Positions 45,642 through 54,826 are shown, counted from the first letter of the stretch. The stretch: DNA of 64,000 nucleotides from Bacteroidota bacterium (GCA_035506295.1 DATJPR010000189.1:991-64990), one strand, 5' to 3'. A program made the numbers and translations. The notes: generated by a model not told the origin, from the letters alone.

Positions 45642-45695
45642 GGCGGACGTCCTGGCAATCGATGGAAAGGGGCATCGCACGATGCCCCCGCCGGA

Positions 45696-46031
45696 TTACT
45701 CCTGTTCCTCCTTGATCGCTCGTACCTTCGTCTTGTCCTTCAAGCGAAGCTTGGATTTGTACTTCCGGAGTTGCATCGTCAACTTTTCCACGGCCGCATC
45801 AACGGACTTGATGTAGTCGTCAGTGGATTCCCTGGCAGTCAACACGCCGCCGTAGACGTGCAGGTTGATCTCGGCGGATTTGACGCTGTTTGCCGCCCGC
45901 TCGTAGCTGAAAATGACGGCTGCCGAGACGATGCCGTCGTAGAAGTGATCAAGTTTTCCGACCGCGTCGAGGGTGTGTTGCCGGAGCTCTTCTCGGGCGC
46001 GGAACCTGCGTGCCGTAATCTTGATCTGCAT
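45696..46031 (-). CDS. hpf: Ribosome hibernation promoting factor (short HPF/RaiA type)
   Basis: MQIKITARRF....LR......V.KL..FYD.I....V.....R.......E..L.V.G. This is the sigma54-modulation-protein/S30EA pattern. Start is at Met75 of the tracked ORF 45696..46253. Confidence 0.85.
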   Translation of the reverse strand: MQIKITARRFRAREELRQHTLDAVGKLDHFYDGIVSAAVIFSYERAANSVKSAEINLHVYGGVLTARESTDDYIKSVDAAVEKLTMQLRKYKSKLRLKDKTKVRAIKEEQE

Positions 46032-46956
46032 AGGGGGTCTCCTTTGTTGCGGTGTTGTGTTCGACTTGTGCCCTCGGGTGGGCGAGGGCATAGAGTTCAC
46101 GAAGCCGGTCCACGCTGACGTGGGTATAGACCTGTGTCGTCGAGAGGTTCGCGTGGCCCAGCAATTCGCGGACAGCCTGGAGGTCCGCGCCGCGATTGAG
46201 TAGGTGTGTCGCGGTAGTATGACGGAGGGTATGGGGGCTGCGTTTTGCAGCATCGGTCACGCGCCCCATGGCCGCGGTGACGATGCGATGAACTGCCTTC
46301 GGACTCATGTTGTTCCCGCGCGCCGAGAGAAAGAGCGCCCCCGGATCGCCGGAAGAAGCCGGAGAGCGGACGGTCAGATACTCCCTGACCGCTTCTGCGG
46401 CATGCTCTCCGAACGGAACAATGCGTTGTTTTCGTCCTTTGCCAGACACTTTCAACGTCCGCGCACGGAAATCGACGTCCTCCGCCCGCAGGCCCGTCAA
46501 CTCGCTGACGCGGATCCCGCTGCTGTAGAACAGCTCCAACACTGCGGCCGCGAGCTTTCCCCGGGGCGAAGAACGATCAACGGCGCTCAGCGCGCGGAGC
46601 ATGGTCTCCTCATCGAAGAACCGGGGGAGGCGCTTCTCCAATTTGGGCGTGGGAATCGCGGCCGTGGGGTTCGCATCGAGAAGGCGGGAGCGACGAAGGA
46701 ACTTAAAGAAGGAGCGGACCGCTGCGAGGTACCGGGCAACTGTTCTGCGCGACATCCCTTGCGCAACGAGCGCCCCCAGGAATGCGCGGACGGTGTCCCG
46801 GTCGATCGAAGACGCCTTCCACGTCGAAGAGCCCTGAGCGGTCGCAACGAATGCATCGAACACGCTCAGGTCCTTCCGATACGCGATCACGGTGTGCCGT
46901 GAATAATTCCGGTCCTGTTCAAGATGCCGCAGAAATGCCGCCACCTGCTGGTGCAT
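45949..46956 (-). CDS. Tyrosine recombinase, XerC/XerD family
   Basis: N-terminal SAM-like domain (FLRHLEQDRNYSRHTVIAYRKDL). The catalytic residues are in context: SGIRVSEL (R), HTLRHTTATHLL (HxxR), LLGHANLSTTQVYTHV (H...Y). The ~35-aa C-terminal extension overlaps hpf by 83 nt. Confidence 0.85.
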   Translation of the reverse strand: MHQQVAAFLRHLEQDRNYSRHTVIAYRKDLSVFDAFVATAQGSSTWKASSIDRDTVRAFLGALVAQGMSRRTVARYLAAVRSFFKFLRRSRLLDANPTAAIPTPKLEKRLPRFFDEETMLRALSAVDRSSPRGKLAAAVLELFYSSGIRVSELTGLRAEDVDFRARTLKVSGKGRKQRIVPFGEHAAEAVREYLTVRSPASSGDPGALFLSARGNNMSPKAVHRIVTAAMGRVTDAAKRSPHTLRHTTATHLLNRGADLQAVRELLGHANLSTTQVYTHVSVDRLRELYALAHPRAQVEHNTATKETPYADQDYGTQVPRPRRAPATHPRRGRKT

Positions 46957-46983
46957 GCATCACCACGAGGGATTATCGTCTCA

Positions 46984-49350
46984 TCATCCGTTGGCCGCCT
47001 GCGTTTCTTCTTTTGCGATCTCCGCTTTGCATGACGGACACGCAAGGTACTCCCCCCGGCTCTGATTGTACTTCTGGACCATGTAGGGGTTGCCGCAGGT
47101 ATCGCACTGCCGGTCCACGGGCCTGTCCCATGAGGCAAAATCGCAATCCGGATAGCGCGAGCACCCGAAGAACGTACGCTTCCTTTTCGTTTTGCGCTCG
47201 ATAATGTCGCCCTGCTTGCATTTCGGGCACTTCACGCCGATGCCGATCGGCCGTGTGTTGGTGCACTTGGGATAATTCGAGCACCCGAGAAACGCGCCGA
47301 ATCGTCCTCCTTTGACCACCATATCGCCGCCGCAAACTTCACACTTGATCCCCGAGGCAAGGCGCAGTTGCTCCTGTTCATGGGGCAGCGGTTTTGTGTT
47401 CTTGCATTCGGGATACCCGCTGCACGCCATGAACCGACCGTTCCTGCCCCATTTGATGATCATGGGTTTGCCGCAGAGCTCGCACGTTTCGCTCGTCGAT
47501 TCCTGAAGCGACCGCTTGATGGCGGCGCTCTGCTTGCTTACGCCTTCCACGGACAGGATAAACGGGCGGTAGAAATCATCCATGACCTGGAGATAGGTCT
47601 GCTTGCCCGATGCGATCGTGTCGAGTTCTTCTTCCATCTGGGCGGTGAAGGCGACATCGAACAGTCTCGGAAAATTCTCGACAAGGATCTTATTGATGGC
47701 TTTCCCGAGGTCGGTGGGATACAGCCGGCGGTCCTTCTGGAGGACGTACTTTCTTGCCTGGATCGTATCCACGATCAGCGCATAAGTGCTCGGCCGCCCG
47801 ATGCCCAGCGATTCGAGTTCCTTGACGAGCGTGCTTTCGGTAAACCTGGCCGGTGGCTTCGTGAAATGCTGGTGTGGCTGCACGTCCCGGACGTCGGCGT
47901 GATCGCCTGCCGTAACATTGGCAGGGACACGCGAAACGGGGTCTTCGTCGCTGTCCGGCCGTTCGGCCTCGTCCACGAGGTCGTCGTACACCTGGAGGAA
48001 GCCTCGGAACTGCGGCACCGAGTCCGTCGCGCGGAAGAGGTACTTCCCTCCCCGGACATCGACGGTGATCTGTTCAAAGACCGCCGCACTCATCTGGCAG
48101 GCCACGAATCGGTTCCAGATCAGCTCGTACAAGTCATACATTTCCTTGTCGAGGTACTGCCTCACCGCCTTCGGCGCATATTGCGTGGAGGTCGGTCGAA
48201 TCGCCTCGTGCGCGTCCTGCGAGCTCTTTCCCTTTTTGAATTGACGGACTTCGTCAGGAAGGAACTCCTTGCCATACTGCGAGAGAATGTACTCACGAAC
48301 CTCGGCGACCGCGCCGTCGCTGAGCCTCGTCGAGTCCGTGCGCATGTACGTAATGAGCCCGACGCGTCCTTCCGCTCCGAGCTCGACGCCCTCGTAGAGT
48401 TTCTGTGCGAGCATCATCGTCCGCTTCGCGGGGAACCGGAGCCTGCGGGCCGCTTCCTGCTGCAGGGTGCTGGTGATGAACGGCGGATTGGGGTTGCGGC
48501 GGACGGGTTTTCGCTGGACGTCATCGATGCGAAACTGTTCAGCCCGGATCGCAGCAAGGTGCTGTTGCGCGGTCTCGCCGTTCCCGATGACCGGGTCCTG
48601 GTCGCCGATCTTGAACAGCTTCGCAAGAAACGGATCGCTGTGCTCCGTGCCGAACTCCGCGACGATCGACCAGTACTCGTTCGGGACGAACGCGTCGATC
48701 TCCGCTTCCCGTTCGCAGATCAATCGGACGGCCACCGATTGGACGCGGCCGGCCGAGAGTCCGTAGTACACGGTCTTCCAGAGAAACGGCGAGATCTTGT
48801 ACCCGACAAGCCGGTCCATCACCCGTCGCGCCTGCTGGGAGTCCACGAGCGATTGGTCGATCGACGTGGGATTGGCCATCGCTTCGGAGACGCCGCGCTC
48901 GGTGATCTCATGGAACAGCACACGGTAGACGTTGTCGTTCGCATGATCGATCTCCTTCGCGATATGCCAGGCAATCGCTTCTCCCTCACGGTCAGGGTCG
49001 GTGGCGATGAAGACCGCGCTCGCATGGGCCGCATGCGATCGCAGGCGGTCGATCACTTCGTCCTTCCCCGTGATCGTCTCGTACACGGGCTGAAAGCCGT
49101 TTTCGACGTCGACGCCGATTTTGCTTTTCGGGAGGTTCTTGATATGCCCGACAGACGCCTCAACGACGAATTTCGCGCCGAGATATTTGCTGATCGTTTT
49201 GGCCTTTGCCGGAGATTCCACGACGACCAGCGACCGGCCCTGTGGATCGGGCGGGCTCTTTCGCCCGCGCTTGTGAGGTGTTGCCGCAGTGGTGTCCGCT
49301 ACTGCAGAGGGTGTGTCCGAATCTGACTGCTTCTTCGTTCGTTTCGCCAT
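46984..49350 (-). CDS. topA: DNA topoisomerase I with C-terminal zinc-ribbon repeats
   Basis: TOPRIM VVESPAKAKTISKYLG and DPDREGEAIAWH, the catalytic region GLITYMRTDSTR, and four C-terminal CxxC...CxxC zinc ribbons. Confidence 0.95.
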   Translation of the reverse strand: MAKRTKKQSDSDTPSAVADTTAATPHKRGRKSPPDPQGRSLVVVESPAKAKTISKYLGAKFVVEASVGHIKNLPKSKIGVDVENGFQPVYETITGKDEVIDRLRSHAAHASAVFIATDPDREGEAIAWHIAKEIDHANDNVYRVLFHEITERGVSEAMANPTSIDQSLVDSQQARRVMDRLVGYKISPFLWKTVYYGLSAGRVQSVAVRLICEREAEIDAFVPNEYWSIVAEFGTEHSDPFLAKLFKIGDQDPVIGNGETAQQHLAAIRAEQFRIDDVQRKPVRRNPNPPFITSTLQQEAARRLRFPAKRTMMLAQKLYEGVELGAEGRVGLITYMRTDSTRLSDGAVAEVREYILSQYGKEFLPDEVRQFKKGKSSQDAHEAIRPTSTQYAPKAVRQYLDKEMYDLYELIWNRFVACQMSAAVFEQITVDVRGGKYLFRATDSVPQFRGFLQVYDDLVDEAERPDSDEDPVSRVPANVTAGDHADVRDVQPHQHFTKPPARFTESTLVKELESLGIGRPSTYALIVDTIQARKYVLQKDRRLYPTDLGKAINKILVENFPRLFDVAFTAQMEEELDTIASGKQTYLQVMDDFYRPFILSVEGVSKQSAAIKRSLQESTSETCELCGKPMIIKWGRNGRFMACSGYPECKNTKPLPHEQEQLRLASGIKCEVCGGDMVVKGGRFGAFLGCSNYPKCTNTRPIGIGVKCPKCKQGDIIERKTKRKRTFFGCSRYPDCDFASWDRPVDRQCDTCGNPYMVQKYNQSRGEYLACPSCKAEIAKEETQAANG

Positions 49351-49808
49351 TAATGAATCGTATCCCCATTATTCAGCATTGTCCGTCCCGCGCGATCGTT
49401 CCCGGGTTCCCGCGCGAACAGCACGGTGGCAACGATCTGTCTCAACTCAGGCAGCGAGACCCTTTCGTACCCGGCCATCATCGACCGCTCAATCACTGTT
49501 TCGAGGTCGTGTTGCGTGAGGAGTCCAAGCTCGACAAGCTGAATGAGATATCCCTGACCCTCCGGTGACAGCATGGCCTTCTCCGCTTCATGGAAGGACC
49601 GGCGCGACTCCAGCGACGGTTTGGTGGGGACGCGCATCCCCGCAGGACCTGCAGGCAGGTTATCATACAGCCAGCTGAAAGCCGCGCTGATCTCGGTCTG
49701 CGTGTAACCTTGATCGCGCAGATCATCGAGGTCGACGTCGCTCAGCCGCTTGTTCTCCTGTATAGCGGACATGAGGTAAATCAGAATTTCGACGACTTTT
49801 TCTTTCAT
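49350..49808 (-). CDS. smg: Smg (DUF494) family protein
   Basis: The pattern MKEKVVEILIYLM.....L.......L...GY...EI..A..WL, the 152-aa length and the position directly upstream of topA (TAATG overlap). Confidence 0.75.
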   Translation of the reverse strand: MKEKVVEILIYLMSAIQENKRLSDVDLDDLRDQGYTQTEISAAFSWLYDNLPAGPAGMRVPTKPSLESRRSFHEAEKAMLSPEGQGYLIQLVELGLLTQHDLETVIERSMMAGYERVSLPELRQIVATVLFAREPGNDRAGRTMLNNGDTIH

Positions 49809-50239
49809 CGCCCGGTCGCGTCGTTCCCGGCCAGAAGGCCGACATAGAAATCTTCCCGCCGCTTCATCCGTGCTGCGGCGTTCGCCTGAATATCATCATA
49901 GCCCAGGAGGTGCAACGTGCCGTGGATCACCAGCCTCGCGGTCTCATTGGCCAGGCTGACGCCATAAGTGCGCGCCTGGCGAGCAGCCTTGTCGAGGTTC
50001 ACGTACACTTCCCCCTCAATGGCCCCGACTTCCAGAGGAAAGCTCATGACGTCCGTCGGACGGTCATGGCGGAAATACGTCCTGTTGATCCTCCGGGACA
50101 GCCGGTCGTCGGTGAACACGACCGACACCGATGCTGCGCGTCGCCGCTCGCGGAGGAGCACCCCACGCACCATCTGTTGCACCCCGCGCTTCGCCACACG
50201 CCGCGAGTGATGGGCGTTGTGGACGATCACTTCGATCAT
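49805..50239 (-). CDS. ybeY: rRNA maturation endoribonuclease YbeY
   Basis: VSVVFTDDRLSRRINRTYFRHDRPTDVMSFP and the zinc motif HGTLHLLGYDD. ATG 50239 forms ATGA with the upstream stop. The tracked ORF extends to 50404. Confidence 0.9.
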   Translation of the reverse strand: MIEVIVHNAHHSRRVAKRGVQQMVRGVLLRERRRAASVSVVFTDDRLSRRINRTYFRHDRPTDVMSFPLEVGAIEGEVYVNLDKAARQARTYGVSLANETARLVIHGTLHLLGYDDIQANAAARMKRREDFYVGLLAGNDATGR

Positions 50240-50718
50240 GACCGGACGCCCGCCTTGCGCCGTTTCTTCCTGCCCTTTCCCCGCTGGCGGTCCAGGATCC
50301 CGTCGGTCAGCGACAGGGCGATCCCGGAGAGCATCACTTCCGGACCGAGCCGTGTGAAGTCTCCCGAGACCAGCGCGCGGTCGACGTTTGCATAGAGGGA
50401 GCACCCCCCCTGCTTCTCGACGATCAGGCCCGACAGCTTGCCGTCATGTTCTCCGACAAAGGTCACCTCCCCGAGGATATCGCTCATCACGAAGCCGGAG
50501 CAGTAGTGCAGCTGCAGGTGCGCGTTCACGGTATAGACCGACACCAGGTCGCCTTTGCCGGTGCCGATCTTCGTGTTGGGATAGAGCTCGAGTGCCGTCC
50601 TCCGCGCAGGATCGTTCAACGCAATCTCGAACCGGTAATTCGCCCCCATCTGTTTCGCAGGGACGCCGAACAGCTTCTCGAGCTTTCTGATATCCGATGC
50701 TTTGAACACGGAGGACAT
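50236..50718 (-). CDS. Hypothetical protein (~160 aa) with strongly basic C-terminal tail
   Basis: No family recognised. It ends in DRQRGKGRKKRRKAGVRS. I prefer ATG 50718 (MSSVFKAS), which is preceded by GAGGG. The tracked GTG start at 50763 sits inside the U-tract of the upstream terminator. Confidence 0.4.
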   Translation of the reverse strand: MSSVFKASDIRKLEKLFGVPAKQMGANYRFEIALNDPARRTALELYPNTKIGTGKGDLVSVYTVNAHLQLHYCSGFVMSDILGEVTFVGEHDGKLSGLIVEKQGGCSLYANVDRALVSGDFTRLGPEVMLSGIALSLTDGILDRQRGKGRKKRRKAGVRS

Positions 50719-50756
50719 GTGACCCTCGGTCGATTCTCGATCGGCGATCGACGCCG

Positions 50757-50790
50757 AAAACACAAAACCCCGGCTTGCGTGCTACCGGGG
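50757..50790 (-). terminator. Intrinsic terminator-like hairpin + U-tract directly upstream of the ybeY operon
   Basis: Minus-strand RNA reads CCCCGG-UAGCACGCAAG-CCGGGG followed by UUUUGUGUUUU. The stems are at 50790-50785 and 50773-50768. Confidence 0.55.
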
Positions 50791-50885
50791 CTGCTGCTCA
50801 CAAAGACAACTGCAGGCAAACCTCCACCCTTGTTGATGTTGCCGCGGTTTGTTGTGCGCTGCGCGATCTCATGGTGCGTTCAACT
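50757..50885 (-). ncRNA. Candidate ~125-nt leader RNA or small RNA bounded by its own promoter and terminator
   Basis: It is defined only by the promoter at 50892-50920 and the terminator at 50757-50790. No known RNA family was recognised. Confidence 0.35.
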
Positions 50886-50891
50886 GCCGAA

Positions 50892-50920
50892 AATATACCG
50901 ACATCAGGAGTGATTGTCAA
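50892..50920 (-). promoter_or_regulatory. Strong sigma70-type promoter TTGACA-N17-TATATT
   Basis: The minus strand reads ggcggttttcTTGACAatcactcctgatgtcggTATATTttcggcA. The -35 is at 50920-50915 and the -10 at 50897-50892. It begins 11 nt after the stop of the MBL gene. Confidence 0.6.
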
Positions 50921-50931
50921 GAAAACCGCCT

Positions 50932-51828
50932 CTACCACTCGAGCTCCATCCCTTCGGCCGCGGCGACGCATTCGAACCCGTGATGTCGCATGCGGATTTC
51001 GTTGCGGCACTTGAGGACAATCTCGTCGATCTTGTCGTCGTCATGCCCGGGGTCATGATGGAAGAGGACGAGCTTTTTCACGCCCGCTTGCTCCGCCAGC
51101 GAGAGGGAAAACAGATAGTGGGAGTGACCCCACCCGACGTGGCTCACGTATTCTTCCGGCGTGTAGGTGGTGTCGTGAATGAGGATGTCGGCCCCGCGCG
51201 CGAAGTCGATCACTCGCCGGTTCGGATCGCCGCGTTCCGCCATGTACAGGTCGACAATGTGCTTCTCCACGTTGCGCAGCGAGCGCGCAAACTCGCGGTC
51301 GAACGGTTCGTTGTCGCTGATGTACACAATGGAATGGTTCCCGGCGTTCAGGCGATAGCCGACGGCAAAGGCCGGGTGATTGACATAGAGCGACGACAGG
51401 GTCGCATCGAACAGCTGGAGCGTTTGTTCCTTGACCGGCAGGAAGTTGATCTTCGCCTTCAGTTCGCTCAACTGGATCGGGAAAAACACCTTGTTCATCT
51501 GGGCGGCGATCGCCGTGCGGAGCGTCAGACGCTTGGTCTGCGGACCGATCACCGTGAATTCGTTTCCGGAAATGAAGGCCGGTTTGAAGAACGGAAACCC
51601 CTGGATGTGGTCCCAGTGCGGATGGCTGATTGCGATGAACGCCTTGACCGACTCTCCCCGCGCGATCAGCGTGTCGCCGAGATCGCGGATCCCGGTTCCT
51701 GCATCAAAGATCACGAGGTTGTCGTGGGCGAGCCGCACCTCGAGGCAGGGCGTATTGCCCCCGTACCGGACCGTTTTCGGACCCGGGGTCGGGAGAGAGC
51801 CACGGGTCCCCCAGAAGCGGATCAGCAT
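50932..51828 (-). CDS. MBL-fold metallo-hydrolase
   Basis: MLIRFWGTRGS.P......YGGNT.C..V, DAGTG and the metal motif ISHPHWDHIQG. Confidence 0.8.
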   Translation of the reverse strand: MLIRFWGTRGSLPTPGPKTVRYGGNTPCLEVRLAHDNLVIFDAGTGIRDLGDTLIARGESVKAFIAISHPHWDHIQGFPFFKPAFISGNEFTVIGPQTKRLTLRTAIAAQMNKVFFPIQLSELKAKINFLPVKEQTLQLFDATLSSLYVNHPAFAVGYRLNAGNHSIVYISDNEPFDREFARSLRNVEKHIVDLYMAERGDPNRRVIDFARGADILIHDTTYTPEEYVSHVGWGHSHYLFSLSLAEQAGVKKLVLFHHDPGHDDDKIDEIVLKCRNEIRMRHHGFECVAAAEGMELEW

Positions 51829-51871
51829 GTCTTGGTCCCCATGAGATGTTCACCCCTCCTTTCGGAGGCGC

Positions 51872-52390
51872 CTAGCGGGAGGCGGGTGTGAGAAAACTCC
51901 CCGCATAGGCAACATAGTGCTCGGCGGATCGCACGAGCGCGGCGCGCTCTTCCCCGGTAAGGTCGCGCACGATGCGCGCGGGCACGCCGGCAACCAGGAC
52001 ACCGGGCGGGACAATGAAGCGTTCCCTGACCACCGCGCCCGCCGCCACGACGGCATCGGGTCCGACCACCGCCCCATCGAGGACGGTGGCGTTCATGCCG
52101 ATGAGACAGCGGTCGCGGATCGTGCACCCGTGAACCATCGCCAGATGCCCGACCGTCACTTCGGCCCCCACGACCGCCGGCAATTCGTGTGTCACATGAA
52201 GAACAGCGCCGTCCTGAATGTTCGACCGTTCACCGACGGTGATGGCGTTGATGTCGCCGCGCAGAACAGCATTGAACCACACGCTCGCGAAGTCCCCGAG
52301 ACGCACATCGCCGATGACCATCGCGCCTTCAGCAAGGTAAACGGAATGCCCCAGGGTCGGCGAGACGCCATGGTGCAGGATAGGCGGCAC
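51872..52390 (-). CDS. Gamma-carbonic anhydrase family / left-handed beta-helix (hexapeptide repeat) protein
   Basis: Hexapeptide repeats and the His pattern VLRGDIN.I.VGERSNIQDGAVLHV...VGH.A.VHGC. Length is 172 aa, with a GTG start. Confidence 0.85.
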   Translation of the reverse strand: MPPILHHGVSPTLGHSVYLAEGAMVIGDVRLGDFASVWFNAVLRGDINAITVGERSNIQDGAVLHVTHELPAVVGAEVTVGHLAMVHGCTIRDRCLIGMNATVLDGAVVGPDAVVAAGAVVRERFIVPPGVLVAGVPARIVRDLTGEERAALVRSAEHYVAYAGSFLTPASR

Positions 52391-52393
52391 GCC

Positions 52394-53197
52394 CTATCCT
52401 TTCGCCCGCGGCGGCACCCACCCCGCGCGGGTCCATTGCATCAACTCGATCGTCACGCTTCCGAGGATCACCTTCATCTTGGCCATGATCGGCACACGGG
52501 CTTCGTCATTACTGAACCATCCTTCGAAATCGCCCGTCAGGCCGAAGATCCCCACGAAATTCGCCGTCCCCTCGAACTTGACCGCATCCACCGGGTAATC
52601 GATCGCGTCGACCTCCACCGGGTCACGCTCCCCGGAAAAATTGATCCGCGTCGTCACCTTTTGCTCGTTGATGATTGTCGGGATGGTCATCGTGCGCCCG
52701 CTGAGCAGATACTGCCGTGCGGTGAAGAACAGCGACAGACCGTCTTCATAGACCTGGTCGAGCGCCATCGTATCCCGTTTCTCAACGACGGTGTCGTGCT
52801 CCCCCTTCTCCAGGAACACCATCTTGCGGTCATAGTCGAAGGTGTAGCGCGAGAAATCCCACCAGTCGTCCTGCTTGAGCTTCCCGATGAATTTGTGGGA
52901 GTACATCATGGTGTCGATGTAGCTCTCATACGTCGCGTGCAGGTCGACGAACGGAACCTTCGGGTACGAATTGATCAGCGCCTTCGTATGGTAGACGAGG
53001 TGGTTCGGTATTTCCTCGCGCTTGAGCGCCAGAACCCGGATCGAGCCGAGATCGAAGGGACCGTACCGGACATTGTACACGAGGTCCTCTCCCACCTGGA
53101 AGATGTGGGGTTCTGCGGCCGACTGTCCACGCAGCACGTCGGGATGGATCGCGATACAGAGCAGGGCGCCCAACAGACAACACTGGAAATGGTGCAA
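52394..53197 (-). CDS. Secreted DUF3108-like protein
   Basis: Signal peptide, and GEDLVYNVRYGPFDLGSIRV resembles the DUF3108 N-terminal pattern. Weak assignment from memory. Confidence 0.4.
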   Translation of the reverse strand: MHHFQCCLLGALLCIAIHPDVLRGQSAAEPHIFQVGEDLVYNVRYGPFDLGSIRVLALKREEIPNHLVYHTKALINSYPKVPFVDLHATYESYIDTMMYSHKFIGKLKQDDWWDFSRYTFDYDRKMVFLEKGEHDTVVEKRDTMALDQVYEDGLSLFFTARQYLLSGRTMTIPTIINEQKVTTRINFSGERDPVEVDAIDYPVDAVKFEGTANFVGIFGLTGDFEGWFSNDEARVPIMAKMKVILGSVTIELMQWTRAGWVPPRAKG

Positions 53198-53209
53198 GGT
53201 CCCGTCCTG

Positions 53210-54826
53210 TCAGTGAAGGCTGGTCATGTGCGCGTTGATGCGCTCGGCTTCGTCGAAGAGTTTCATCGCCTTCGCGAACTGATTGTCCTCCCCGAGAATG
53301 GTCCTGGAGCTTCCTTCGTTGCCGAAGAGGCTCCGCGCGATATATGCCTTGGCGAATGCCTTGATGAAGTGGAGGTCCTGCTCGTAGGACGAGTCCCGGA
53401 ATTCGACCTTCTGCTCCTTGCCGAGCGCGACGATCTGGTCCAGCATCGGCCTCGTCATTTCGAAATCCTTCACAAACCGCGCGCAGTCCTTGCCGTATTC
53501 CTGGCGCAAGGCAGTGCCGTGCTGCTCGAGGTAGCGGTTCGCGAATTCGGGGAACACGTTGTGGCTGCGCAGCTGGACCGTGTATTCGTTCAGCCGGTCC
53601 GCCTTCACGATGTAGTCCGGCGTGATCCCGCCGCCGCCGTACACGACGCGCCCGCCCATCGTCTTGAATTTCGGTCTGGTGGAATCCTGCTCTTCCGTAT
53701 GGGTGATGTTCTCTCCCTCGACTTCGGTCCGTTCAAACGCCTCGCGCGCGTAATTGGCCCTGTCGTGATCGTACGGCCGCTGGATGAGACGGCCACTCGG
53801 TGTATAATACCGGGCGGTGGTGAGCCGGAACGCCGACCCGTCACGCAGCATATACTGACGCTGAACGAGGCCCTTGCCAAACGTTGTCTCGCCGACGATG
53901 AGCCCGCGGTCCCAGTCCTGGATGGCGCCCGCGACGATCTCGCTGGCTGACGCTGAGGCGTTGTTCACAAGAATGATCAGCGGGACGTTCGTGTATTTTC
54001 CGTTCCCTGAAGAGACATACTCCTCGTCGAATTCCGACCGCCGCCCTTTGGTGTACACGATCTTCCGGTCGCCGGGCATCAGTTCATCCACCATCTTGAA
54101 GGCCTGCTCCAGGTAGCCCCCGGCGTTCTGACGGAGATCGAGGACCATTCGCTGCATCCCCGCCGCTTTGAGTTTCGTCATCGCTTCCATGAATTCGTCG
54201 TGCGTCGTGGCGGCGAAGCGCGAGACGCTGATGTACCCTGTCTGATCGTCGACCATGTAGGCCGCGTCAACCGTGTAGATCGGGATATTGTCGCGCGTGA
54301 TGTCGAAGTCCAGGGGATTCTTGATCCCCGCCCTCACGATGGTCACTTTGACATGGGTGCCTTTCGGCCCACGGAGTTTCTTTTGAACCCCTTCCTGCGT
54401 GATCCCGACGCAGGAGGAGTCATTGATCTTGACGATCTTGTCGCCCCCCAGAATGCCGAGCGCCTCACTCGGGCCCCCGGTGACGGGCGAAACCACCATC
54501 AGGGTGTCGTTGAGAACCTGGAATTCGATGCCGATCCCCTCGAAGCTCCCCTGGAATTCCTCCGTGACCCGCTGCATCTGGCTCGCAGGGATGTAGACGG
54601 AATGCGGATCCAGTTGACCCAGCAAACCGTTGATCGCAGCTTCGGTGAGCTTTTGCGGGTCGACGTTGTCGACATAGTTCTTTTGTGTGAGACTCAGGAC
54701 ATCCTGAAATTTCGTGATTTGGTCATAAATGCTGTCGGCAGAGAGCACGTGATTCAGCATGGCACCCAACCCAAGACTCAGCACAATAACGCCCAACAGC
54801 GTGCCCACAGAAAAACGCTTTCGCAT
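53210..54826 (-). CDS. S41-family C-terminal processing peptidase (PDZ-containing)
   Basis: PDZ segment GIGIEF....L.VVSPV.GGPSE..GIL.GDKIVKIN. Catalytic Ser/Lys contexts are NNASASASEIVAGA and TFGKGLVQ. Start chosen at MRKRFSVGTLLGVIV (Met57 of the tracked ORF), which gives a TM/signal. Confidence 0.85.
   Translation of the reverse strand: MRKRFSVGTLLGVIVLSLGLGAMLNHVLSADSIYDQITKFQDVLSLTQKNYVDNVDPQKLTEAAINGLLGQLDPHSVYIPASQMQRVTEEFQGSFEGIGIEFQVLNDTLMVVSPVTGGPSEALGILGGDKIVKINDSSCVGITQEGVQKKLRGPKGTHVKVTIVRAGIKNPLDFDITRDNIPIYTVDAAYMVDDQTGYISVSRFAATTHDEFMEAMTKLKAAGMQRMVLDLRQNAGGYLEQAFKMVDELMPGDRKIVYTKGRRSEFDEEYVSSGNGKYTNVPLIILVNNASASASEIVAGAIQDWDRGLIVGETTFGKGLVQRQYMLRDGSAFRLTTARYYTPSGRLIQRPYDHDRANYAREAFERTEVEGENITHTEEQDSTRPKFKTMGGRVVYGGGGITPDYIVKADRLNEYTVQLRSHNVFPEFANRYLEQHGTALRQEYGKDCARFVKDFEMTRPMLDQIVALGKEQKVEFRDSSYEQDLHFIKAFAKAYIARSLFGNEGSSRTILGEDNQFAKAMKLFDEAERINAHMTSLH

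Noticed and set aside
45949-46956. Tyrosine recombinase as a marker of an integrated mobile element or phage.
   Set aside because: It has the XerC/XerD-type N-terminal and catalytic motifs and sits among housekeeping genes (topA, hpf, hprK). I saw no flanking direct repeats, tRNA gene or phage/transposon genes.
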